DNA from: an uncultured archaeon
Lineage (GTDB): Archaea > Asgardarchaeota > Lokiarchaeia > Sigyniarchaeales > SOKP01
Length of the DNA stretch: 64,000 bases
Reading direction: 5' to 3'
Assembly (NCBI GenBank): GCA_964486045.1
Contig: CAZALK010000009.1
Span: 128,001 to 192,000, forward strand
Position numbers and translations under genes: made by a program. Position 1 is the stretch's first letter; each line of letters opens with the position of its first letter. The notes under the pieces are model-generated. The model was not told the DNA's origin. It worked only from the letters and a program-made list of their open reading frames with translations, and made no database searches. Shown here one piece after another: positions 11,055-20,721 of this stretch.

Positions 11055-11236
11055 AATTGTTTAAGATTGTTTTCATTTAATTAGATAATAATTCTAATAA
11101 ATACATTTTAATAAATCTATTTAAACTTAACTAAATGAATTTTGAGGTTTGTATCGTTAAGTTTTAGTGCGAATTAATCGAGATCTTCTTTATTTTTATC
11201 AATTGAAAAAAACTAATTGAGAAATTTGATTTTAAA

Positions 11237-12091
11237 TTATTTAATTAGAAATAAGCGAAGGAAAAATAAAAACAAATTCAAATCGTTTAATAGAGAATAA
11301 TTAGAGAGTAGGTAATCAAAAATGTTCTCTTCAATGAAAAATTTTAAACTTGTGAAATACCCTTCTTCAATCTTGAGGATTTCAACCATATTTTTAATCA
11401 AATTTATAAGTTCCTTTTCTACTACATGCATATCACAATTCATAGGATTTATGCTAATGATATCCATACCAATTTTTCTCTGAAATGTTACTTGACTCAA
11501 TTCTGGATTTTTTATAACGTTATCTAACTTTGAATAATTATCGAACATTTCTTCAATTTTATTATAAACTTCTTCTTTTATTTTATCAGATAAATGTACT
11601 TCAATTACATTAATAACTAAATTTAATGTCTGTTGAAAAATACCTAACATATCGAAAAATTCAGCAACAGTAGTTATTCTCTCAGCTTGTTTCCATTGTG
11701 TATAATATTCGTCAATAATGCTCTCAAATGGCTTATAAATCTCCACATTCCCCGTCCATTTACCTTGCCAGCTGGTTTTTCTCTCAGCATATTTTTGAAT
11801 AAATGTATGTCTAATAACATCAAGCCTTGATCTTAACATATCACTCTTGACTTCTTTCGAATCAGCCCCAATGAAAAGGAGGTTTGTGTCCTTATCTTGT
11901 ATATAAACCCATCGAAGTCCACCCATCTCAATTGAATCAATTCCTTGCTTAAATTCCACTATTGTAAACTGGTTAAGTGCCGTTAAGAGTCCAGAAACAA
12001 GATCCTCATTAACAGGAAAATCCATGTATGCCTTATATACCAGTGTAATCCCTGAGTCAGATTCCATGATCCATATATTAATCCTTAACAC
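11237..12091 (-). CDS. Asgard-type protein with N-terminal longin-like domain
   Basis: IWIMESDSGITLV..DLVSGLLTALNQF..IDSIEMG pattern typical of longin folds. Confidence 0.6.
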   Translation of the reverse strand: MLRINIWIMESDSGITLVYKAYMDFPVNEDLVSGLLTALNQFTIVEFKQGIDSIEMGGLRWVYIQDKDTNLLFIGADSKEVKSDMLRSRLDVIRHTFIQKYAERKTSWQGKWTGNVEIYKPFESIIDEYYTQWKQAERITTVAEFFDMLGIFQQTLNLVINVIEVHLSDKIKEEVYNKIEEMFDNYSKLDNVIKNPELSQVTFQRKIGMDIISINPMNCDMHVVEKELINLIKNMVEILKIEEGYFTSLKFFIEENIFDYLLSNYSLLNDLNLFLFFLRLFLIK

Positions 12092-12134
12092 CTCTTTAAT
12101 TAATTTCCCTTTTATAATCTAACTACGAGTTAAA

Positions 12135-12626
12135 TTAAAATAGATCATTTAAAGAATTATTTTTAACCCAATGTTTTAATTTTCTTACCATTTCTGTTAT
12201 TTTATTTCTTAAAGTAAGTTCTGAAGCATTTTTTCCAATCAAATTAAGAAAATCGCTATCCATTTTAAAACTGCTTACAAATACTCCAAATTTTGTTCGA
12301 TTTGTTGATAGTTCTTTTATTCTCAATCTTCCTTCAAGTTCTTTTACATCTTTATTATTCCGAACATTAATCTCAATCAATCGTCCCTTTCCATCTTCCT
12401 GTTCACCCTGATCTTGTAAAACTAGTTCACCTTCCATTTCGACGGGAATTTTCACAATCTCATCTATTACCTTAGTATATAAGACATTGGGAGAGATAAA
12501 TTTTGCTTCCATTTTTTTAGCTGGATTCACTGTTTCCCAAAATTTTGCTGTGTAGAGTGCCTTTACTAGCAAATCTTTGTTACAATTTTCTAATTCTACA
12601 ACTTTTGAAATTATGCTTGTAGTCAA
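12135..12626 (-). CDS. Hypothetical protein (possible SRPBCC/START-like fold)
   Basis: 163-aa ORF; beta-rich core followed by a C-terminal helix. Confidence 0.5.
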   Translation of the reverse strand: MTTSIISKVVELENCNKDLLVKALYTAKFWETVNPAKKMEAKFISPNVLYTKVIDEIVKIPVEMEGELVLQDQGEQEDGKGRLIEINVRNNKDVKELEGRLRIKELSTNRTKFGVFVSSFKMDSDFLNLIGKNASELTLRNKITEMVRKLKHWVKNNSLNDLF

Positions 12627-12816
12627 AGGAATCTAATAACATAATAATTATCTTAAGTATTAAAATACAGAAGGCTTATAATAGTTTATATCTTTACTAT
12701 TTTTGAATTTTAAACATTTTATACAAATAATCGTCTCTCTCAGACTTCCTCAATTTAATCATTTTTGATCATTACTTTTTTATTTTCATCATCGACGATT
12801 ATTTGAAAATAAATTA

Positions 12817-13020
12817 TTATGTAGACCTAAATAATTTACTTTGCTCAAGATTATTTTCTTCTTTACAATGAGGACAAACCCAAATGTTCTTATTTTTCTT
12901 AACGGAGTTAATGCAATCACTACAAATTGCGATGTCGCAAATACAATAATAGGTATCCTCCATTGAACTTTCACAGTTCTTACTACAAATATAGCATATA
13001 GGTGGGGGCTTTTCAGACAT
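12817..13020 (-). CDS. Small stand-alone C4C4 RING-type zinc finger protein
   Basis: CYIC-x13-CIC-x4-CSDC-x12-CPHC, eight Cys. Confidence 0.75.
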   Translation of the reverse strand: MSEKPPPICYICSKNCESSMEDTYYCICDIAICSDCINSVKKNKNIWVCPHCKEENNLEQSKLFRST

Positions 13021-13110
13021 TATTCAAACCTAATTTATTTGGTGTATATTATACTTTTAATTTTAAGTAATATATTACTTTAATGCATAAATCGAAATTT
13101 ATTGTGTATC

Positions 13111-13308
13111 ATGGACAGGTCAAGATCGGGAATTCGGTTATTGGCACTATTTAGTGTTTTTTTTATCTATAAAGCTATCATGGGAATGATTGAAAATAAT
13201 ACCAACGAAGTTATTTTATGGTTTCTGATAACCGTAGTGTATATTATCTCTCTAATTATTTTGAATCTTGTTATTACCAGATGGAAGAAGGAAGCGAAAA
13301 TGGAATAG
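13111..13308 (+). CDS. Small two-TM membrane protein
   Basis: Two hydrophobic helices. Confidence 0.55.
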   Translation: MDRSRSGIRLLALFSVFFIYKAIMGMIENNTNEVILWFLITVVYIISLIILNLVITRWKKEAKME

Positions 13309-13326
13309 AAATAAAATAACTGATGT

Positions 13327-13593
13327 TTATTTTTTTTTCCTAAGGAAATCCGGAATTATCTCATCAAGTCCAAGACTTTTTAATACAGTATCTCTTACAT
13401 TCATCTGAATAGTTAAATCTGACATTGTTTTCATTGTATTATCTAAAGATCTGCTCATCTCTTTTATAGTTTCAGAAGTAATTTTTAAGGAATCTCTTAT
13501 AGTAATATTTGTTTCATGCAATTCTTTCGTTAAATTATCCACACTGTTCCTCAGTTCAGAGATTTCTTTTTTAAATTCTTTAAAACCCGCCAT
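13327..13593 (-). CDS. Small coiled-coil protein
   Basis: 88-aa ORF with heptad pattern. Confidence 0.6.
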   Translation of the reverse strand: MAGFKEFKKEISELRNSVDNLTKELHETNITIRDSLKITSETIKEMSRSLDNTMKTMSDLTIQMNVRDTVLKSLGLDEIIPDFLRKKK

Positions 13594-13709
13594 TATGTTT
13601 AATCTGTGAATTATTACTTAAATAGTATACTTAAAGCTATTTAAAATTGTTAAATAAACGAGGCTTTCAGCTTATTTTTATACAATAAGAAAAAAAAATG
13701 TTATTAATA

Positions 13710-14414
13710 TTAAAGGATATTAAATCCGAATATACTTACACCAAAAATCCATAAAGCGAATCCCTGAACCAAGCAGAATATCATGATTACAAAGGCAATA
13801 GGAGGCCAACTGAGAAATTTAGATATAGCTTTTAAAACACCTATATAAAATTTAACTGATATCGCAACTATGACTGTTATTATGATAAATATTATCACTA
13901 ATATCCATTTTGGATTTATAACTCCTGCAATTAAATTTACAGCCCAATCTGGAACAATTAAAGATATTACAAAAGCTGTAGCTGTGCCTGCTAAAAGACC
14001 AATTATACTAGCAAGAGGCAAATCAGAAATAGGCTTGAAAAACATTGCTGTTCCTATCACAATCAAGAATATACTTGTAAAGTGGTTAGCCTCTCCATCA
14101 CCAGGAGGGTTTACCCCAGGGTTTAATCTTGCATAGTCAAAACTGGGAGAAATATCTAAAATTAAGCTTGTTACCCCGCTCCATACAACAAATATTCCTA
14201 GAATTAATCCTAAATAAGATAACCCTCTAAGAAATTTAGTTACATTGAATTCCTCTTCTGCCTTTCTTTTCGTAAATGATCCTCTCCGTTTTCTTTCAAA
14301 ACCCAACCAAGTAATAGCCATGAATCCTGAAAGAACCATCATTATAGCACCAGATTCGGCAACCCAATTAAAAAAACTTCCGATAATAGCCCAATAATCT
14401 ATTTGTAAAATCAT
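13710..14414 (-). CDS. Multi-pass membrane protein, unknown function
   Basis: About 6 hydrophobic segments. Confidence 0.7.
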   Translation of the reverse strand: MILQIDYWAIIGSFFNWVAESGAIMMVLSGFMAITWLGFERKRRGSFTKRKAEEEFNVTKFLRGLSYLGLILGIFVVWSGVTSLILDISPSFDYARLNPGVNPPGDGEANHFTSIFLIVIGTAMFFKPISDLPLASIIGLLAGTATAFVISLIVPDWAVNLIAGVINPKWILVIIFIIITVIVAISVKFYIGVLKAISKFLSWPPIAFVIMIFCLVQGFALWIFGVSIFGFNIL

Positions 14415-14608
14415 ATTTTCCCAACAATTCTATGAAATTTTTAGATTTTAAATAAAAGTAGGATTATGGTTATAAAAATTTATTTATTATTATGAGATCA
14501 CACGAATTTAGGGTAAGCTGAAATTTCTTTATATTTATTACCATAATCATAATATACTAGTTCTTTTTTCTATCATTTAATCAAATAACATTATTTTAAA
14601 AGATTCAA

Positions 14609-14827
14609 ATGTCTGAATGGAAATATAGAATTAATAACAATTCGGGATATAACGACTGTTATCGTTATGGATGAAACGTGGTAGATGACATCATAAATAG
14701 TATTAGAGCAATGAAATTAATGAAATTAAAACGACAACAAAAAAAATTAAAAAAAAAAAAATCTCAAAGATTAGATCGACAAATGATAGGGTTTAACCTT
14801 AAGAATTCCGCAAAGAATTCGAGATAA
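14609..14827 (+). other. Small ORF with in-frame TGA at codon 22 (21-aa peptide or 72-aa readthrough product)
   Basis: MSEWKYRINNNSGYNDCYRYG*NVVDDIINSIRAMKLMKLKRQQKKLKKKK...; TGA at 14672-14674. Confidence 0.35.
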
Positions 14828-14990
14828 TCATACGAATTAAAATTTACTCTACATTCATGTTCAATTAACAAAAAATAAGCTTTAATTATAAAAAGTTCAA
14901 TTACTTGTGATGGTTTTTATCTTTTATAATAGCCACTCTTTTATCTGTTATTAACTACAGATAAATTAAGAAATTGAGAGGTATATTAAA

Positions 14991-15134
14991 ATGGAAGATG
15001 AAGAAGATTTTCTAAATTTAGATTTTGATGATAGTTGTTATACTACAACTTGATCACTGATTGGAATGTGGTATCGAAGAGCACAACAAATAAAAAAACG
15101 AGAAGAAAAACAGGCAAGAAAAAACCAAAAATAA
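14991..15134 (+). other. Small ORF with in-frame TGA at codon 21 (20-aa peptide or 47-aa readthrough product)
   Basis: GAGGT SD-like motif upstream; MEDEEDFLNLDFDDSCYTTT*SLIGMWYRRAQQIKKREEKQARKNQK; TGA at 15051-15053. Confidence 0.4.
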
Positions 15135-15228
15135 TTAAATCTCAAGAAATTAAATTGTAAAATGTTAGGATTTAATTTTAAGTTCTGCGAGAACAAGAGA
15201 TTAGAAAATTAATATTCTTTTCTTTAAT

Positions 15229-16587
15229 TTATTTTGTCCTATCTTGACCTTCTCCTATCTTTCTATAGATAAAACCTTTACTCTCTACCACTTCTTTACC
15301 AAAGATATTACGACCATCGATTATAATTGGATTAATATTCATATTTTTTCTAAGTTCATCAAGGTTAGTGGAATAGTATTGTTTATGATTCGTAACAAAT
15401 ATTAAGGCATCAGCGTTTTTACTTACCTTGTTAAAATCAGATGTTAATTCCGTTTCTTTATAATCTCTTTCTGTAACCCATGGATCATGTGCTATATATT
15501 CGATATTATGGGAATGATAACGATTTTTTAAAAAGAGAATGATTTTTTCTGTTGGAGTATTTCTAGTATCATCGCAATCAGCTTTATACGCAACACCCAT
15601 TAAAGCAATTTTTAAATTGTCATATTTATCTGCCACTTTAAGTGCTTCTTCTAACAATTCAACCATATGTTCTGGCATGAAATCGTTAAGGTTTCTCGAT
15701 TTTAATAAAATTTCGGAATTATATTTGTTTTCAGTATAAGTACGATGACCATATACAAGGAGATGTGGATCCTTTGTTAAACAATGTCCACCTACACCAG
15801 AACCAGGATAAAGCATCATCCTATCATGCCTTTTATTTATTAACTCGACAATTTCAAAAATATTTCTATTAAAATCTTCAACAACCAAGGCCATCTCGTT
15901 GGCAAATGCGATATTAACATCCCTGTATGTGTTTTCTATACATTTTGTTAATTCTGCTGTTAAAGTGTCAGTTATTTGGAGCTCTTTTTTTACTACTTTG
16001 TTATATAAAAATAGGGCATTTTTATTTGCTATATCGCAGCCTCCTCCAATTACTCTCGGAAGATCTATTATATATTCGAGTAGTTTTCCTGGCATTACCC
16101 GTTCAAACGAATAAACTAAGTAGAAATCTTCTCCTCTTTTCATTCCACTACGTTTTTCTAAGATTGGTGCGACTATATTATCTGTAGTTCCAGGGGCAAC
16201 CGTTGATTCAATAATAACTGTGGCTCCTTTTTTCATGTGTGGTGCTACCAATTTTGATACATCTTTTAATGATTCGTAACGGGGTATCCTTTTTTCGTCA
16301 ACTGGAGTCTGGACATCAATTAAAATAAAATCCGCGTCATCTACTACATCATATTTATCTGTAACGTTAAACTTTCCATTCTTTACCACACGAGTTATCA
16401 AATCATCTAAACCTGGCTCATCTCCTTCAAAAGGGTTTTTTCCACTATTTAACCATTCTATTTTCCAACCTGAACGCTTTGATTGTCTTTGGATACCAGT
16501 GACGTATAGATTCTCCACATCAGCAAGTAATACCGCCATTGGAATTCCAACGTAACCCATTCCAATAACAACTATTTTTACTGTCAT
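15229..16587 (-). CDS. Nucleotide-sugar dehydrogenase (UDP-glucose/GDP-mannose/UDP-ManNAc DH family)
   Basis: VIGMGYVG, IESTVAPGTT, ERVMPG, ENTYRDVNIAFANE, GVGGHCL, AYKADCDDTR. Confidence 0.93.
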   Translation of the reverse strand: MTVKIVVIGMGYVGIPMAVLLADVENLYVTGIQRQSKRSGWKIEWLNSGKNPFEGDEPGLDDLITRVVKNGKFNVTDKYDVVDDADFILIDVQTPVDEKRIPRYESLKDVSKLVAPHMKKGATVIIESTVAPGTTDNIVAPILEKRSGMKRGEDFYLVYSFERVMPGKLLEYIIDLPRVIGGGCDIANKNALFLYNKVVKKELQITDTLTAELTKCIENTYRDVNIAFANEMALVVEDFNRNIFEIVELINKRHDRMMLYPGSGVGGHCLTKDPHLLVYGHRTYTENKYNSEILLKSRNLNDFMPEHMVELLEEALKVADKYDNLKIALMGVAYKADCDDTRNTPTEKIILFLKNRYHSHNIEYIAHDPWVTERDYKETELTSDFNKVSKNADALIFVTNHKQYYSTNLDELRKNMNINPIIIDGRNIFGKEVVESKGFIYRKIGEGQDRTK

Positions 16588-16856
16588 TTTAGTTCTCAAT
16601 AAATTTTAATGAATTTTAATAAATGATGGTGATTACTTATTGAAATAATTCATGCTAGAAAAATATTAAGATAACATTAGGATTAAAAGAATAAATAAAA
16701 TTTTAAAAGCTCTTTACATGAAAAAGTTTAACATCTCTTAAGAGATATATTAGACCACCATTTCAATGTTCTACATTCAGAAATCTTTGCGATAAAAATT
16801 ATGGACCTAGAATAAATATTGGCTATTGTTATTTTTTTCTTTATTATTAAAAATCT

Positions 16857-16945
16857 TGTTAAAATATGTTCAAGAAATGCTTAAATAGCCTTCATTAGTA
16901 AAGACCATCGGATCTTGGGTTTTAGCTGTTGATTTCTCTTTGAGT
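16857..16945. repeat. Left copy of 89-bp inverted repeat flanking the LRR gene
   Basis: Reverse complement of 18226-18314 with 2 mismatches. Confidence 0.95.
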
Positions 16946-16979
16946 AATTGAACCTGAGAAATTTTCTTTTCTTTATTTA

Positions 16980-18146
16980 TTAAAAATCTTTTCTTTTTAG
17001 TGATAAGCTAACAATCCGTTTAGAAACTTTCTTAAAAAGGTTATCTCCTAAGAATAAGGCTTCAAGAAAATTTAAGTTTGAAAGACCTTCTGGTAGGCTC
17101 ATTAATTTATTACTATTAAGAGACAGATCTTTAAGAGATTTCAGTAGACAAATTGAATCAGGAAGACATCTTAACCGATTGTGAGAGAGGATTAATAATT
17201 CGAGATTTGTTAATTGCCCTAACTCTTTTGGAAGACATCTTAGTCGATTATTAGAAAGCTTTAATGATTTGAGATTTGTTAATTGCCCTAGCTCTTTTGG
17301 AAGGCAACTCAATTTATTACCTCCAATCCAGAATTCTTCAAGATATTCTAACTGGCATATAGAATTAGGAAGGAATCTTAATTTATTAGAGCCAAGAAAT
17401 AATTTTCTTAACAATTTAAGCTTGAAAATTTTGCTAGGAAGCTCCTTTATTTTATTACTATAGAGTATTAAAACTTGTAATGCATCAAACTTTAGAATCG
17501 CTTTTGGAAAATATTCAAGCTGATGCTCGTGAAGATCTATTTCTACTACTCTTTTATTGTCAATTCCTACTCTATAAAGCAATTCTTCCATTGTTAGATT
17601 GTATCCTAGAGCGTTTAACTGATCTAATAAATCCATTAGAAAGATAAAGTCCTTTTGAATGAGTATCAAATCCATAACTTCGTCAAAACTCAGGAATTTT
17701 AAAAATCCCTCAATCTCAAGAAATTTCATTGTCGCTTTATGCCCGCTTTTATATCTCTGGATAATTTCTGTTTTGAATACTTGTTTCGCCAACGGATCCC
17801 CTACCTCGCTTAATTTTTTCAATAACGGAAACGCAAGGTTGCTGTGTAAAAGACGCGTGTCATAATTATTCTCTGCCCAAACTTGCAAGTTGGAGCTGTG
17901 TGCCCAGAATTGCACTCCAGGAGGTATTTCAAGCTCAATTGCGTGGTCATCATGTTCTAAAGAATTATCTAATTCTTCAGCCGCTTCATCAATCGAGTTA
18001 ATTTCATCAAGTGAGGTAATTTGATCAACGGGAATATTTAACAGTAAAAATTTGCATTGAATAAATTGTTGCTTTTTTACATAAATAATCGTCTCATCGC
18101 TTTCAAGCTTAAGTGTGATGTAATCATTGACTCTAAATTCTTTCAT
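16980..18146 (-). CDS. Leucine-rich repeat protein with Asgard-type N-terminal domain
   Basis: N-terminal EFRVNDYITLKLE..FWAHSSNLQVWAENNYDTRLLHSNLAFPLLKKL; 23-aa LRRs LxxLxLxxNxLxxLP. Confidence 0.9.
   Translation of the reverse strand: MKEFRVNDYITLKLESDETIIYVKKQQFIQCKFLLLNIPVDQITSLDEINSIDEAAEELDNSLEHDDHAIELEIPPGVQFWAHSSNLQVWAENNYDTRLLHSNLAFPLLKKLSEVGDPLAKQVFKTEIIQRYKSGHKATMKFLEIEGFLKFLSFDEVMDLILIQKDFIFLMDLLDQLNALGYNLTMEELLYRVGIDNKRVVEIDLHEHQLEYFPKAILKFDALQVLILYSNKIKELPSKIFKLKLLRKLFLGSNKLRFLPNSICQLEYLEEFWIGGNKLSCLPKELGQLTNLKSLKLSNNRLRCLPKELGQLTNLELLILSHNRLRCLPDSICLLKSLKDLSLNSNKLMSLPEGLSNLNFLEALFLGDNLFKKVSKRIVSLSLKRKDF
17161..17305. repeat. 69-bp-period tandem repeat (recently duplicated LRR units)
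   Basis: gagatttgttaattgcccta(a/g)ctcttttggaag recurs at 69-bp spacing; encodes CLPKELGQLTNL twice. Confidence 0.85.
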
Positions 18147-18225
18147 TTACTTCTTATTTAAAGAATATATCCCTAACTATTTAAATCAAGTCTCTCTCTA
18201 AATAAATAAAAAAAGATTGCTCATA

Positions 18226-18314
18226 ACTCAAAGAGAAATCAACAGCTAAAACCCAAAATCCGATGGTCTTTACTAATGAAGGCTATTTAAGCATTTCTTG
18301 AACATAATTTAACA
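18226..18314. repeat. Right copy of 89-bp inverted repeat, overlapping the response regulator 3' end
   Basis: Reverse complement of 16857-16945; includes the last 32 nt of CDS 18283-18657. Confidence 0.95.
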
Positions 18315-18657
18315 GGTCTTTACCCGAAAAGGGTTTTGTAATGTACCCATCTGCACCTAATCTCTTGCCTTTTTGGATATCTTCAGCAAAACTCTTAACT
18401 GTGAAAAGTACAACTAAAATATGCTTGAAGCGTTCTTCCTCCTTTACTTGACGTAATACATCCATTCCTGACTTTCCCGGCATCATAACATCGAGGAGGA
18501 TTAGGGCAATACTCTTGTATTGTTCTTCTATAACTCTCATTGCATCTTTTGCATTAGCACTTGTAAGAGTTTTAAAGTCTCCTAAATTTAAGAACTTTTC
18601 TGTTAGATTCAAAATGTCTGGTTCATCGTCGACCACGAGTACGACTTTACTCATCAT
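18283..18657 (-). CDS. Stand-alone response regulator receiver (CheY-like)
   Basis: VLVVDDE, LLDVMMPG, GADGYITKPF. Confidence 0.95.
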   Translation of the reverse strand: MMSKVVLVVDDEPDILNLTEKFLNLGDFKTLTSANAKDAMRVIEEQYKSIALILLDVMMPGKSGMDVLRQVKEEERFKHILVVLFTVKSFAEDIQKGKRLGADGYITKPFSGKDLLNYVQEMLK

Positions 18658-18818
18658 TTACTCACCAATATCTCATCGCTTTTCTTAATTAAAATTTTCT
18701 GAGTCATAATCCTACTATTTTTTGTCTTGATTAAGTATAAATTAATTTACTATATTTAATTGAATTTAGTCATTTATTAATATTTAAATAACCGTTTTTT
18801 TTAGAATTGTGATCCCAA

Positions 18819-19475
18819 ATGGTAAGACACCGTTTACCTAGATTTCCATTTGATTATATTAATGACAAGGCTGATGAATATAATAATTCAAGATGGATGG
18901 AGCGTAATCAAAAGAGAGCTACTATGTTAAGCATCCAATATCTTTTTGATGAAAAATTAGATAATAGTGAAGTGGATGGGATACAAATGGAAGATTCATC
19001 ACTAATTTTAGAGTTAGGGTGTGGGACGGGTTTTTCTTCCGAGGTCTTAATTGAAAATGGTTTTATTGTAATAGGCGTAGATATTTTACCTGATATGTTA
19101 TTAAAAGCAAGAGAAAAGAAGAAAGATATGAAATTTGAAAAATCATTATTATTAATTTTAGCTGATATTAATTATCTACCGATTAGAGCAAATGTTATTG
19201 ATCATATCATTTCGATCTCCTCCTATAACTTTATTATCCATGGAAATAAGAATTTTGGTGAAAAAATTAAGCTTCTCAATAATACAGCAAAATATTTAGG
19301 CAAAATTTTGAAGAAGGAGGGGAGAACAATCATTGAATTTTATCCTATAGATGATCAAGAATTAACTATTTTTAATAATTCATTTACTAAAAATGGGTTT
19401 GAAGGATTCATGGTGAAAAGCAACCCAAAACAAAAATCTGGTCAAACCTTTTTGCTATTAAAGAAAAGAGTATAA
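18819..19475 (+). CDS. Class I SAM methyltransferase, Bud23/WBSCR22-like
   Basis: LELGCGTG, GVDILPDML, ISIS, EFYP..E..F, C-terminal P..K..FLLL. Confidence 0.75.
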   Translation: MVRHRLPRFPFDYINDKADEYNNSRWMERNQKRATMLSIQYLFDEKLDNSEVDGIQMEDSSLILELGCGTGFSSEVLIENGFIVIGVDILPDMLLKAREKKKDMKFEKSLLLILADINYLPIRANVIDHIISISSYNFIIHGNKNFGEKIKLLNNTAKYLGKILKKEGRTIIEFYPIDDQELTIFNNSFTKNGFEGFMVKSNPKQKSGQTFLLLKKRV

Positions 19476-19477
19476 AA

Positions 19478-20620
19478 ATGGGAACCTGTAAGTTTTGTGG
19501 GGAAAAAGATAGTGCAATATCTGAGATCCTTCAAGTGTGCAGAAAATGTGTTTTGGAAGGAGATTGGACCAAAGTAAAGCCACATATTTATACAGTTCAT
19601 GAGCAAGTGAGAAAACTTGTAGAATTACCTAAAGAACCACCAAAAGCACAAAAACCGTATATAAAGTTAAAATGCAATTATTGTATAAATGAATGTTCCC
19701 TCTCTCAAAATGATGTAAGTTATTGTGGATTAAGGAATATCCACAGAGAGAAAACTGGTGATTTACCTTTTCCATCTAAATCTAAAGGATATATTCATGG
19801 TTATATTGATCCAAATCCAACAAACTGTTGTAATGCCTGGTTTTGCCCAGCAGGGTCATCAGTTGGATTTCCGGAATATTCAGATTATGAAGACCCTGAG
19901 TTTGGGACATATAGTTATGCTGCATTTTTGTATGGTTGTACCTTTAATTGTTTATTCTGCCAGAATTCCTCTCATAAACATTTTTCAAAAAGAAATCTAT
20001 TTAACGCTGAAATGCTCGCAAATCAGATTGTTAATAATAAGGATATCACATGCATCTGCTACTTTGGTGGTACCCCAGAAGCTCAGCTGCCTTTTTCAAT
20101 TAATTTATCTAACAAAATACTAGAAAAAATTAAACAAGAAAAGAAAAAACGTAAATTTCGAGTATGCTTCGAATGGAATGGTTCAGGAAACAGAAATTTA
20201 ATTGAAAAATGCATGCAAATTGCTATTAATTCAGGAGGAAATATTAAATTTGATTTAAAGACATTCCATGAAAAATTAAATCTTGCTTTATGTGGAGTAA
20301 GTAATAAACGAACCCTTGATAATTTTAAATTTCTAGCTGAAAACTATTTTGGAACGAGAGGTCAAGATATGCCAGAGATGAGTGCTTGCACCCTATTAGT
20401 CCCGGGATATACTACCTATGAAGAAGTTGAGTTAATTGCGAAATTCATCAGTTCTATTAATAAAAATATTCCTTATAGCTTATTAATATTCCACGGAGAT
20501 TATCAAATGAGAGATTTAAGAGTTACAGCTCGAGAGCAGGCTTTAAAATGTTTGGAAGTTGCAAAAAAATATCTAAAAAGAGTAAATTTAGGAAATAAAT
20601 TCTTATTGGGAATAGCTTAA
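19478..20620 (+). CDS. Radical SAM protein (PFL-activase-like archaeal family)
   Basis: GCTFNCLFCQN motif, YFGGTPE, KFDLK, additional N-terminal Cys clusters. Confidence 0.88.
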   Translation: MGTCKFCGEKDSAISEILQVCRKCVLEGDWTKVKPHIYTVHEQVRKLVELPKEPPKAQKPYIKLKCNYCINECSLSQNDVSYCGLRNIHREKTGDLPFPSKSKGYIHGYIDPNPTNCCNAWFCPAGSSVGFPEYSDYEDPEFGTYSYAAFLYGCTFNCLFCQNSSHKHFSKRNLFNAEMLANQIVNNKDITCICYFGGTPEAQLPFSINLSNKILEKIKQEKKKRKFRVCFEWNGSGNRNLIEKCMQIAINSGGNIKFDLKTFHEKLNLALCGVSNKRTLDNFKFLAENYFGTRGQDMPEMSACTLLVPGYTTYEEVELIAKFISSINKNIPYSLLIFHGDYQMRDLRVTAREQALKCLEVAKKYLKRVNLGNKFLLGIA

Positions 20621-20721
20621 TATAATACATATACCCTTTAAAAACTCAGATTTCAAGAACTAAAATAATAAAATTTAATTTGAACTACTCTTTTTAGATA
20701 ATAATATGATTAAAAGATTTG

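Noticed and set aside
14783-14806. AUGA...GA hairpin as a SECIS element for the UGA ORFs
   Set aside because: The stem is too short for a canonical kink-turn SECIS and lies inside the readthrough frame; it cannot be supported without a covariance model.
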